A stretch of 54,743 bases of DNA, the filler included, from Basidiobolus ranarum (taxonomy: Eukaryota), in assembly GCA_040143965.1 (NCBI GenBank). It is 5 parts of 5 records of this genome, joined end to end, with 100 filler letters (N's around TTAATTAATTAA, not from the genome) between each part and the next. Parts side by side here need not be neighbours in the genome. Positions count along the whole stretch, not along the records: positions 1 to 10,879 come from JASJQH010000656.1; positions 10,980 to 21,856 come from JASJQH010000657.1; 3 more parts are not named here. The stretch is one strand, 5' to 3'. Position 1 is the stretch's first letter. Each line of letters begins with the position of its first letter. Shown in pieces: positions 1 to 11,832 of this stretch. Both the position numbers and the translations under genes were made by a program. Below the pieces are notes generated by a model. The model made no database searches and was not told the DNA's origin. It saw nothing but the letters and a program-made list of their open reading frames with translations.

Positions 1-546
1 TGCATGTTGAACATTAAGCTTAGAGGCGACATGTTCTCTTTGATTTATACTCAAAGAAATGAGATATTTTAGTGAGGAGCTTTTCGGCTGAAAATTCGAG
101 GAAATCTTTGCCAACATTACTGAATTTGATTTGGGGCCTCCTTTTGTTATTAAAATATTTATTTTATATCTTATAATATAACTTTCATATTCTTTTGATC
201 GTTTTCCCAATTCCTCACATCCCAGAATGCGCTCTTTTTTGTTAATGTTGAGTATTTTTGTAATATGGGACTGAAATCAGAGTATTGTATGATTTGCTTT
301 ATCTAGGAAGTACACAACTGCAAACCCTCGACTGAAGGGCTGAAAGAGAATTTCTTCTTACTGGCAATATTTAGGGTATTGAAAGTGCTTGGTCTCATTG
401 GCGACGGATTCCTTGAAAATAATGAGCTTCATCGACTACTGCCTGCTGCAAATGTCTATGTACATTTACATCGAAACTATGTTGAACCAGCATAGAAGTA
501 ACTTCATTTACTCAAAACCCTCCGTAGAATATTTCTTGATAATAGC

Positions 547-1548
547 TCAGAACCAGTCGTTCCCACCAAGATGCCAAACTGCCACTTGTCTCACACCCAA
601 ATCCTCTACTAGCTTTCTTTTGATGTTCATTGATTCTCGATCGTTGCTCACGTACACCATGTCACCAACAGTCTTGATAATTTCACCAGAAGAATGATCA
701 CGTTGTCCACCATGATACCCATTCTGTTCTTTAATTTCTTCGAGAGTTAAATTCTTAGGTTCGTACCTATCCACCGTGGACAGGTATCCGTACGACGGTA
801 AACCAATCACTAAACGGTCATTGTGAAAAATCTTATTCATGTCGATAGTCCACCTTTTCAACCAAGCAAGTGGGCATATTGGCTGCCCACCGCCATAGTG
901 ACACTGATAGTCGTAGACCATAGGGGTAACATAGTCCACTGGAAGACTCACAAAATCCTCATATCTCCATCTCATTGGGGACTGCTTCGACGTCCACGCT
1001 GGGCCGCAGATCGCCAATTTCTTATTAATCTGCTTAAGTCTGGTTCCAAGCATGTAGATAAATTTTTTATAGATGTCGTAATCTTCATCACCCCACTCAC
1101 CATAACTCTCAAAGTCAATATCAATTCCGGTGAGTTGATATTCGGCAACAAAGTTGGTAAGTGTTGTAATGATTTCTGAAGATTTGTTCGTTTCAGCTAA
1201 GGCTCGAATTCCACATGTATGGCCTGCAACGGTGACTAGCTGTTCACTGGAGTATTTCTTCAGTTCTTGCACATTCTTCTCCGAAAAGCCGTTCTGCGTG
1301 TTAAACAGGTCGCTTGGATCCTCATCAACACGCTGAAGTATGCCAGTATCTAATAAATTAAAATATTGAACTCGAAGAACGTTGATCTCATTATTTTTAT
1401 ATGTGTCAGGAGCGTGTTGGCCAGGAGCACCATAATAAATCCATGCGTGTAATTTGGTAGATACTTCATTCGTCTTGATAGTTGTATCCCCTCTCTCACT
1501 ACTTGTTCGGTCCCGAAACAGTTTCAATAGTTTCTTTACTCTGGACAT
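547..1548 (-). CDS. Glycoside hydrolase family 18 (chitinase-like) protein, intronless, no signal peptide
   Basis: 333-aa ORF with catalytic DxDxE motif (LTGIDIDFE), 'VDYVTPMVYDY', 'LVIGLPSYGY' and C-terminal 'VAVWHLGG' typical of GH18 barrels. Paralogue of 6291..7280. Confidence 0.9.
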   Translation of the reverse strand: MSRVKKLLKLFRDRTSSERGDTTIKTNEVSTKLHAWIYYGAPGQHAPDTYKNNEINVLRVQYFNLLDTGILQRVDEDPSDLFNTQNGFSEKNVQELKKYSSEQLVTVAGHTCGIRALAETNKSSEIITTLTNFVAEYQLTGIDIDFESYGEWGDEDYDIYKKFIYMLGTRLKQINKKLAICGPAWTSKQSPMRWRYEDFVSLPVDYVTPMVYDYQCHYGGGQPICPLAWLKRWTIDMNKIFHNDRLVIGLPSYGYLSTVDRYEPKNLTLEEIKEQNGYHGGQRDHSSGEIIKTVGDMVYVSNDRESMNIKRKLVEDLGVRQVAVWHLGGNDWF

Positions 1549-4500
1549 GATTGCAAGTGCTCTACCTGTTGCTCTGTGTTAGATACAAGGTTGCTTTATA
1601 TTGGAAGTAAATATATCAGACCTCAGGCGGAAGGGAAACATTTCAGTCTTTTATGGTTAGATATATAGATTGGATATGGATCGTTTACTATCTATGACAT
1701 TGATTTATACTAATTGAACCAGTGTGATATGCGCCGTAGAAATAAGCTATAATTGGATTTTATATTAGGCTGATGTTCCTCGTAAAGATTCGTTTAGGGT
1801 GGATAAACGGCGGTTACGCCACAAATCCTCTCACTAACTATTACATAGAAATATTCCTAACTTGGATATATGTTAATTAGAATGCTTCTGTTGTCTGTGT
1901 ACTCTAATCTTGGCCCAACTATCCTATCTAGACAAATTTTTGTTTGGTAACTTGAACTAAATGTTGGAATTAAAAAATACCGTTTTAGGAAGCAGGCTGC
2001 TTGTTTCAGATTAGTCATTGATTTTAATGTGTTTTGGTATATCTCTGGGTCGTAGGCCCTAACTTTATAAAGAGAGTCATGGGCACCATCACTGACCTCA
2101 ATAATCTCGTATTGCCTAAAAAGCTTTTACAACCATACCATGGATACAACTTTCGGAAGCAAAATGAATTGATGTTTAGAAAGTTGCATAAACTTATTCT
2201 TGTTATCATAAATACAGCAGCAATAATAAATGAAATTGGTATCCACATCGAGCAATCCCGTGTGCTTCTTACCACCGCAGTGTTATTCTAATTAATGTGC
2301 CATATGTGTTCTATTTTAAGTTGGAGTACCTACATGTATCTATAGCGTAGATAGACATTTTTGTATAATTTTGTAACATACAAGCCTACTGTATCGACCA
2401 TCTCATGGTTAATAACTACTTGAATTGGAAGCTACATGTTCAGAAGGGTCATGAGAGCTCTCTGAACTTGGGATAAAATAACCATATCTTTGGCACAATT
2501 TTCTCATCGTGAATCCCAGAAATAATGATACTTTGCATAATAAATTACCGTGAGCATTTGCAAAGTAATTGCCCTGATTAAATTAACAAAGATTGTTTCA
2601 ACCCAAACTGTTAAGTAGGAAAACCTTAAATCTACAAAAAAAACCCTAATTATGTTAAGATTAACCCTGGACATGATTCAAAGGATTCTAAGCTTAACTT
2701 TAGTCAGCAAGCTATCACTAAAAAGACTTTTGCTAATCATTGAAATACAGCATTAAGCAAAAATTAACTTGTAGTTTAACTCTCTCAATATTTAGTTGCG
2801 TTAACAATCAATTCCCGTAAATGAACATTAATATGTAAGTTTAATGAAGTTCCAACATCTCTGTATTTAACATAGCATTGTTTAATTAACATAGCCTAAG
2901 CATCTATATAGCTATATATACCTCAGTATTTCGATATTCCATATTTCACTAAGACTATTACAATTCTCGAGACGGATTTACTCAGAAGTTTGAAGATACA
3001 TAAGTTTTGAGAGCTGGTCCTGGAAGCTCCAAACTTTGCACACATGTTCCTGGGACCTTCTTTGACACACTCTACCTGTTTGTTTGCTTACCGCTTGACA
3101 AAACTATAATTGGCAACTTTTTTCTCAATACATCAGAACCACCAGTGTGTGACTACCACCGATTCTTCTAGTTCTCCAAACAAACTCCCAAAATACTTCA
3201 TCTCATTAAACATAGCACACTGTCGATCATATCGCAAATAATGGATTCTGACATTTCGGTGATAAACCCATCACAAGCTGTGAAGGTAGGCACCGATTTT
3301 GAGCTAATAAATCCTCTATAATACTTTAAAACCCCTGTCTGATTACTGTTTAAGATATTCCGGAAACTTTCAGCACTATAGCCTTTGATGTTTCTTGGCT
3401 GCTTCTTTAGAGTTTAGTGTGCGAGCTTCTGTGTTAATTCTTATAATAGGTCAAAGATAGATTTCAGTTTTGAAAATCATCTGAATTTGCAAGAGGAACC
3501 TTTCCACAATTAAAGCCATTATTTTCTGTATAGTTGCAAAAAAATATGTAATGAGCTATTCATGGATGCAAGACTGCTCTTTATGCAGTTTCTTAAACTT
3601 AAACTTTAATAAAGGAAATTATATACATGTTTAAGAGCCATTACTGGTCAAGTAAATATTATGAAGGACTTGATATATTATTCTGGTAAAATCAACTACA
3701 TATATCTTAGCAGGGTGCATTTGAAAAAGCATCTCTGACAGCCTGAGGTATGGCATTCAACATGTTATATATACTGACTCATGCTTAAATGTATTGAATT
3801 CAGACACAATTATTCATTACACTCTCTATCATGACAAGCACCAAAGAATTCTGTGAAGTTAATATTGTTAGCTTTAATATTACTTGTTAATATTGACTTT
3901 AACCAGATGGATAAATTGTTTAAATTCTTAAATTTCCACTTTAATCATGGATTATAGAAACAAAAAGGACTTTTGATTCCTATCCCATATGTTGCACAGG
4001 CATAATCATTCGTTTACTTATCCCAAACTCCTATATTCATGTAGAGTATCTAACTACCAGAAGTGTAGGCAACATTGAATACTTGTCTTGCATTATATCG
4101 CATTTTCATCTAGTAAGAAATGAGCACATCAATGGTACACTTTGTATTATATAGAGGGTCCAAAAGTAGTTACTGGCAAATATAAAATTCAGATAAAAAG
4201 AGCTCAAAATTGATTTACTGACAATATCAAACATTGACTCATCTGCGGGTTGGATATAGGATTGAACCATCCAGTAAATACCGATATAATATACATTAAA
4301 ACATAGGATTTGCTCTTTCATATATGGAAATGGAACATTGAAGCATCAATACCAATGACGGCAATGTATGTTTAGCACTGCACTTGATTATCATGCAACA
4401 TCTCACCTAAAATAAGAACGCACCCTATGCACTTCCTTTAACGTCTTACAAGTGATATTTCTGGGTATCGTAGATACAACAACTGAATATAGGTAACATG

Positions 4501-6290
4501 GTACTCGTTCAATGATAAGCAGATCCTTTGTGACAGCATCATCCTAAAGAACTATCCAGCATATTCTCTAGAACCATTATGAATAAAAATAGACGAAAGA
4601 ACTTTCTTTATATGTGTGCCATTTGACCCCAATTTTCTCGAGCCTGGCAGCTTATAGATATCAAATGTATTTCCCACTAGTTGAATAGTATTGTCATTCT
4701 GACCGAGTATTTCTTTTATTTGAAAGGGCAATATGTATCCATGATACTTCTCACGACACACTTCTCCGGTAGAGTAATGAAGTAACTTATTTTTGGAACA
4801 CTTGGCAATAACCTACATTTAAAATTAAAGCCATATTATAGCATAAATGACATGCCTAGAGATATCTTCAGTTTATAGTTGTCCTCAGAGGCCATACCAG
4901 TTTGAGAAGATTTTAGCGATCTTCTTGCAATTGGTGGGGATGTGCTAAGTTTAGTAACTAGTACACCAACTAACATCATATATCCAGAGCGCTTGCTCAA
5001 AACCAATTTAGACCATTCTCTACATACAGGCACCATTTGGAATGTATTGAATAGTAATGGATAGCTTAAAGCCACATCCTATCCGTTACAATTATGGAAT
5101 GACAAATCAACTGTTATGATTATTACGTATGCTATGCGTCAGGATAAAATATTAACCTTAATGTCGATATTTAGTCATAGTTACTGCTCTTTTTATCACT
5201 GCAATGTACAGTACCGGGAGATCATAAAGCTCCAAAGGTTATGAAATCGCGTCGGACAATCCAGAAACTAACATCTCTTTTATCTAATAGTCAATCGATA
5301 TGAAGCATACGTGGTCATCTGCACTATGTTTCAAATAACCAGCCACAGTTACACAAATAACACACGTGGATGAAACATTGATGCGTTTGTTATCCATCGA
5401 GGCATTAGGTGTTTGTGGATGTAACTAACACATATCCTGAGTAATTCTTGAGTAAGCATTCCATTACTTCCTGTATTGTTGGATATCTTACCTCGTGTGA
5501 ATTTCCGTATATTTCTAGTAGTACTTTTCACTATCTAATTTCCGATGCTAATCAATACGAAAAACAGACCAGAAATTCTTAGCACTAGTAGCGCATCAAT
5601 GCACGTATAAAACTAGAATTAAATATCTTTGGGATGTTCTAGGTGCTTCAGAAATGGTTAGATCCGTCCACCATTGTCTCTATACATGTCACCGTGCTCC
5701 AACATGGTGCAATTTGTAGAACAAACGGGCCTGGCCTTGAGAACTTATTATAGTAGGATAAGCCTAAGATGCAGGTCGCAGTATAGGCTATAGAACTGAG
5801 GCATCTTAGCGAAGGATAAAGCTGCAGAATCTGTATCAACGTTCTTTTGAATGATCCATCTCCTGTTTATAGTGCAGCTAGTGATTAGAGAAGTGACAAG
5901 GCAGCCAACGACTAAAGGAATAGATTTCTGACCTCCGGTTTGTATCAACAGATGGACATTGAGCGCGTTCGAAAACGGTCTATACAGAAAGTTGGTGGTG
6001 AACAATCATGAGACGGGGAATAGGAGCGTGTAGATAAAAGGCCCTGGCATAGCTAAAGCTGTTAATAGAATTGGCCAATAAAATCCGCTTCTAGCTTAAT
6101 TTGGTACGAATTTACTAAGAGCATTCTTTAATTGGGCAAAAATATAGAGATCATTCCTTTAGACTGAATAACAACCCAAAAATTCAAGGAATATCTCTCA
6201 TCCAATCGTAACGCGTTGAGCATGGCATTAAAGCCTGTGCTAATGTGGGATTTACATAAATAACCGAAATGAAGTGGGTACTAAGTAATC

Positions 6291-7280
6291 ATGTTTGGAC
6301 TCTCAACAATCTCCGAGGCTTGGCCTCTTCCAGCTTTCAATTGGACATTAAATGCTATGCCATTAGTAGGTACAACTCCTACGAAACTCCAAGCGTGGAT
6401 TTACTACGGTGCGCCTGCACAAGAAGCTTCAAAAACCTACAAGAACAATGCAATCGATGTGCTGCGGGTCCAGTATTTCAACCTACTGGATAATGGAACT
6501 CTACGGCGTATTGATGAAGATCCCAAAAATCTATTTGACACGCAAAATGCTTTCTCGGAGAAGAATGTCAAGGAAATAAAGCATTACTCTAGTGAGCAGT
6601 TGGTGACCGTCTCGGGTCACATAAATGGGATGAGAGCAACTAATTATACTGAATTGGTTGGCGCACTTGTGAGTTTTGTAAAGGAGCACGAGCTGACTGG
6701 TATTGACATTGACTTTGAAAACTACAACAAGTGGACAGATAAAGACTACAAAGGCTACAAAGAATTCATATCCAATCTTGGGACGGAGCTCAAACAAGCT
6801 GACAAAAAATTAGCCATCTGCGGACCAATGTGGACGTCTGAAGAGTCGCCATTCAAGTGGCAGTACGCGGATTTCGTGGATCTGCCTGTCAACTATGTCA
6901 CCCCCATGGTATATGACTATCAATGGGATTATGGTGGTGGCTGGCCAATTTGCCCCCTTTCTTGGTTGAAGAAATGGGGCTTGATGATGCGCAATATTTT
7001 CAGCGATGAGCGACTAGTTATTGGGATACCGTCGTATGCCTATTCTGCGACCAGAGGCAAATTCAATATCAAGAATTTAACTCTGAAGCAGGTCAAGAAT
7101 CAGGGCGGTTATGCTGGAGCAAAACGGGATCCATCTTCGGCTGAAATGGTCAAATATGTTGGTAACAAGGTTTATGTTAGTAATGACAAACACTCCATGA
7201 ATGCCAAACGACAGGTGCTGGAGAGTGTAGGAATTAAACAAATATCTGTTTGGCATCTTGGTGGCAATGCCTGGTTCTAG
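6291..7280 (+). CDS. Glycoside hydrolase family 18 (chitinase-like) protein, intronless; probable original start at 6269 with frameshifted signal peptide
   Basis: 329-aa ORF with LTGIDIDFE, YVTPMVYDY, LVIGIPSYAY and ISVWHLGG. Colinear with 547..1548 along its whole length. Confidence 0.9.
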   Translation: MFGLSTISEAWPLPAFNWTLNAMPLVGTTPTKLQAWIYYGAPAQEASKTYKNNAIDVLRVQYFNLLDNGTLRRIDEDPKNLFDTQNAFSEKNVKEIKHYSSEQLVTVSGHINGMRATNYTELVGALVSFVKEHELTGIDIDFENYNKWTDKDYKGYKEFISNLGTELKQADKKLAICGPMWTSEESPFKWQYADFVDLPVNYVTPMVYDYQWDYGGGWPICPLSWLKKWGLMMRNIFSDERLVIGIPSYAYSATRGKFNIKNLTLKQVKNQGGYAGAKRDPSSAEMVKYVGNKVYVSNDKHSMNAKRQVLESVGIKQISVWHLGGNAWF

Positions 7281-10200
7281 AGGTTCAATTTGGAGCTTCC
7301 AGAGATGCTCACTTTGCATTCTTTGGTACGTTTGAATAGCTTTTGATATCCTCGATCTTCGCTGACAATATTTGCAATAAATTTCTTCCCTTGATATGTT
7401 CCCATTTATTTTTACTTCTGGGGAAAAAAACTACTTCACACTTATGTCAAGTGGTAGTCATACGGTGGCATGCAATTTGGTTTTGTTAGTTGACCATGAA
7501 TTTAACCAGACCTTACGATATTAAGGATACGTCATATTCCAAAGCTCCAATATAGCACAGAAAGTTCAGACATTTGAGTTTGTACTGATATGACGGTTCG
7601 ATATATTGATAATGCTCCGTATTTGGTGGATTATCAAAAATCTTCAAATTACCATAGTTGAGCTTGAAATCGTCTAAATCTAGGAGTGGCTCTTTTGGCA
7701 CTAAAGTGATCTACTGACACAGTCACTGAGCTTGTTTACCGAGTATTCTTGGATTTTCAGTGTTTAAATAACTCTCCGTAATAATAACATACTGCCTAAT
7801 AGATGGAGTCAAGCAGTGCCAACCGTATTGCCACATCTATAGAAATGGAATTCAATAATATATATGCTGAAGAGAAGCGCGAATGTGAAATATGGTAGGA
7901 TATATGGAACCAAGAGCCCAAAATGAGTGACCCAACACTGGTGCATGATCAAATATCTAATATTCCTTGGATGGCTTGTGTGGTAATCAATAGATAGCAT
8001 GACAGAAGTACTTCAGTATCATACATGATGTAAATCTGATGGCACAGACTTGAATAGTGTGTGCCAAGGTGAATACTGGCATGATCCCACCTCAAATGAG
8101 CAAGGTCAGAAATACATTGCTTGATAATCAAGTTACAGAAATATTAGAGTTAAGCACTGAAATTTTCTAATATCATGGTTATCATATTTATTATTTATCT
8201 ATGAATATTTCACATGTTCAATGCAAAACATAACTTTGGTCTTACCTCAGAAGTAATTTCTATTCAAAAATAAATTAAGTGAAAATTGTGTATTTCTTCA
8301 AAAAATCCTAAATACCGCCAATGAGTCCACAATCTCTGCTTGATGTTATTTAGAGACCGTTATGAATGGTGGCGCCTTGTACGGCTATAGTTAAGCATGT
8401 GATTATTGCTGGAATGAGATATTCTTATATATGGTGCCGGAGTCAACAAACTTATACCTCCAAAGATATACCTAAATCCATATGTAGAATTTGGAAATAC
8501 AGCCGATAATGAATAATTTTAGTGTATAAAACCTGTTGCGCTTATTTAGGCTCTGATTAAGCAAATATTCTGCGAAATGAGCATATAAATAGGTGTGCTT
8601 ACATGAGAATTTGAATAAAATATCGGATGAAACATAGAGCATGATTCAACACGTGTAGTCTTCCAAATACCACCAGTGCTATCACTGCTCAATTGTTAAG
8701 TAATACAGTAACCACTGCATATCTAACACCCAAGTAAATCCATTCCAATCAACTTGAGGTTCGGCATCATCTCGTATTTACTCGGATTTCAAATGCTCAG
8801 GTGGTTATCTCCCAAACAGCTTCTCATCCTTTACCTCTTTCGAGTGTAAGCAAGTATTTCAACAGAAAGCAGTCTTACGGATCTAGTTCTCGAAAGAGGG
8901 CTACGAATAATGAATGTTTACTAACTAACGGATTCACCATTGAAGGGTAAATCTTCAGGCGCGGGATCCAAACTCTAAATCCATTGCATCCTTGGATTCC
9001 CATGCTAGTAATGTAATTGAGAAGACAGTGGTGGTGGAATATCTGCTGATGATGATCGCTCGGACATTTGATGTTTCGCATGGGTAAGCACAGGACAACC
9101 AATGATCAAATTGCTGACCAGCCCCATATCAACACCAACTGCCACAACGAATCACGGTAAGCCTGTGGGCATGAGATCTCTTTGGAAGCTTCCTTTGTGA
9201 ATGGCTCTAAGTATCAGATGTATTGTGTCATTCAAGATGAGATGATCGGACGAAGCTTTGGTAGGAAATGCTTTACCTGTCAGGGAATTCATCGGCAAAT
9301 ACGTGCGAATGGGAATCCTGATCTGTTTCACTACCGCTGTTGTTTTGATGGATTAATATATGCATGTGGGGCGGTAGTACCGATTGCAGTGTAGTTGACT
9401 GCCGTGAATGGTTGCAGCTGGAACATGCTAGTGTAGGCATCATCCGCGATCTATTTTTGATATTAGAGTTTTCTGGGGTCCAGCAGAGCCCATCAATTGA
9501 TGCCATGGCAAAGGGACGAATGCTTTCCGCGCATGAGAGCATCACTTGGTAATATGTTGCGTCAGCAGCCGGGATGGAATAGGTGGTGAACTTGGTGATA
9601 ATGGAAGAGCCTGAGCTGTTTGTCCTGCATTGACTTCATGAAACAAGGGCTGCCAACCGAGAAGCAAAGGGCTCTGTAACACATTGCTTATCTATTGTTC
9701 TATTCCAGGGGTATTCTGTCAACAAGCATGAATGTTGGTCACATACGTGTACACAGCGCTACTAGCCAAATATATTTAGCATTGTTAACGTCAGTGACCA
9801 TACATACATTTGGTCTGATCACTGTCCACAAATATATCCATCATTTTTAGTGGTTTGGCAAGGTGATATTTTGTCATATCTGATGCATGCTTGTAAATTT
9901 AGCGGCAAAAGTCAACTATGTGATCCTGGTAGTGATTATTTGCTGTTTGTAAGCCTTCGTAAATGTTGGCTACTATTTTCCTACCTAGGCTATTAATACA
10001 ACTGGCGATGGCTTTTCTTCCAAAGAATGTTTCTATACTCGTATGGGACTTAGCCAAGATGTAAACGTTCTATCACCACAAAAGACAAACGCTAAGCATT
10101 CATCACATGTTTGTCGATAGAGTGTGTATCTCTAATCAACAGTGACAGTAAGCAGATCGGATTATTTGAAGTTCACAAATCACAATGAAGCAGCGCATCC

Positions 10201-10476
10201 TCTGATTATGCTAGTCATAGAGATGCTCGAATAAACAGTAAACTTCCCCACACACTCTTGGCACTCATTTGTCAAATTCTGACTAAAGATTTCCATGACA
10301 AACGCAATGAGGTAACGAGGCCTCTCGTTCAATGATTGGATGCAAAGTCATCTCCCTCTATGGGGATATACTAATAAACCTTAAGCAAACAAATCCTATA
10401 AAGCACCAGCAGAGCTCTTTATACAAACACCAACCACCTCGTTGATACAACTTGTGCTTTAAAATCAATCATCAAA

Positions 10477-10746
10477 ATGCATCCTTTTGCACCAGCGATT
10501 TTACTGGCAGTGTGCGCTACTCTTTCTCATGCCCAAGTATCGACACCCCAGCTAAACTCAACCGAAACTGTGGAGCCAACTCAGAGTACTTCTTCCGAAA
10601 CGCTTTCAAATTTGGAGACTTTCCCCACAATCATCGATTCCTTCCCTCCCACCATCACTTCCACAGTATCAGAACCAAGTCCTCCTGTAACCGATACCGC
10701 AGTCGTACCTAACAGTGGAAAAATTGCTAAACATCTGAAATTTTGA
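10477..10746 (+). CDS. Secreted Ser/Thr/Pro-rich protein, 5' part only, fused to a repeat at about 10709
   Basis: Signal peptide MHPFAPAILLAVCATLSHA followed by an S/T/P-rich stretch. The last 11 codons (NSGKIAKHLKF) come from the repeat shared with 53531-53701. Confidence 0.6.
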   Translation: MHPFAPAILLAVCATLSHAQVSTPQLNSTETVEPTQSTSSETLSNLETFPTIIDSFPPTITSTVSEPSPPVTDTAVVPNSGKIAKHLKF

Positions 10747-10879
10747 ATAGCACTGACACTTGGCAAATAGCTGACTCTTGTTACCATTCACAATGAGAAT
10801 AAGCTCTTGGATTTTGGCAAATTTCCGTAAAGAATTCAGCCAATATATCCCCAACTTGCAGTCAACAAATGTCCTGCCA
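10709..10879 (-). mobile_element. CACTA-family repeat fragment at contig end
   Basis: Near-identical (2 differences seen) to 53531-53701. Homologous to 44914-44951 joined to 45956-46090. Confidence 0.85.
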
Positions 10880-10979
10880 NNNNNNNNNNNNNNNNNNNNN
10901 NNNNNNNNNNNNNNNNNNNNNNNTTAATTAATTAANNNNNNNNNNNNNNNNNNNNNNNNNNNNNNNNNNNNNNNNNNNN
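10880..10979. other. Artificial contig linker
   Basis: 100-nt N run containing TTAATTAATTAA (stops in all six frames). Confidence 0.98.
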
Positions 10980-11383
10980 CTTAATGACGAACTACTCATA
11001 GGTTTCTTACGTCATTTACGTCCATTCCTCTTGTACACTTCTCTGACAGTACTATGCTCCTTGCACTGAACATTAAAAAAATGTACGTTGCTTCTTTCAA
11101 ATTCAGGAGATAAAAGATACAATCTTACTATGAGCTCTCCTCCAACCAATAATTTATGGCTGTTTTCCAAGTGTACAAAGCCTTGACTTCGAATTTTTCC
11201 AGTTGTGTACACTTCTCGGATCTTGATCTCTTTGAACTTTCCTATTAACATTCAAACTCTGCGATCTTAAAGATAACAAGTTGGGACTCAGTCTAGACTG
11301 AAATCTCGTACAATCATCAAAGAAAGCGAAGATGTTAAAGTTACCAATAACTTACTTCGTGCGAAAGGTACTTGAACTAACAT
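10980..11383 (-). CDS. Possible 5' end of a multi-exon gene of unknown product, cut by the contig end
   Basis: ATG at 11383 (MLVQVPFAR) followed by a GTAAGT donor, with further GTAAG donors near 11130 and 11010. No recognisable domain. Confidence 0.3.
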
Positions 11384-11832
11384 CCTTCACCGATTTATAA
11401 TATTTGGGTACCAAATGGAAGTGTTCATAAAATTTCAAGTGTAACAGAGAATCACAATGTCTTTTTTAACTCTAAAAAGCTACAAGAATAGAATACTTGT
11501 TCACTATTCGCTTCTCACCAAAAATGTTAAATGGATACTTAATTGATTTGCTGGGAAGTATAATTCCAAATTTCCTGCAATATTATATCATGTCTTCCTA
11601 AATCTATTACCGAAGATTCAAACAAATGATACATACTTTATGTCTGTACCTTTCACATTGGATGAAAATACGAACGATAACACACAACGGTCAACATAGC
11701 TATTCTTGAGTTTTATTTTGAACAAATCACTATTTTGAATCATCTCAAAACAATCTATGAATGTGTTTTAGGATACCTAATCAAATTATGTTGTTGACTA
11801 GGATGATGCACAAGGATCATTCTCATGAGTGA

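Noticed and set aside
1990-6010. Short ORFs between the GH18 genes with faint kinase-like (YEIIEVSDGAHDSLYKV) and F-box-like (VCREWSKL) words
   Set aside because: The matches are too short and interrupted by stops to call without a profile search.
8800-9650. GC-richer stretch with overlapping short ORFs on both strands
   Set aside because: Possibly a decayed gene, but no continuous frame or recognisable domain could be supported.
10924-10935. Recurrent TTAATTAATTAA palindrome at about 11-kb spacing
   Set aside because: Synthetic six-frame stop linker inside N runs.
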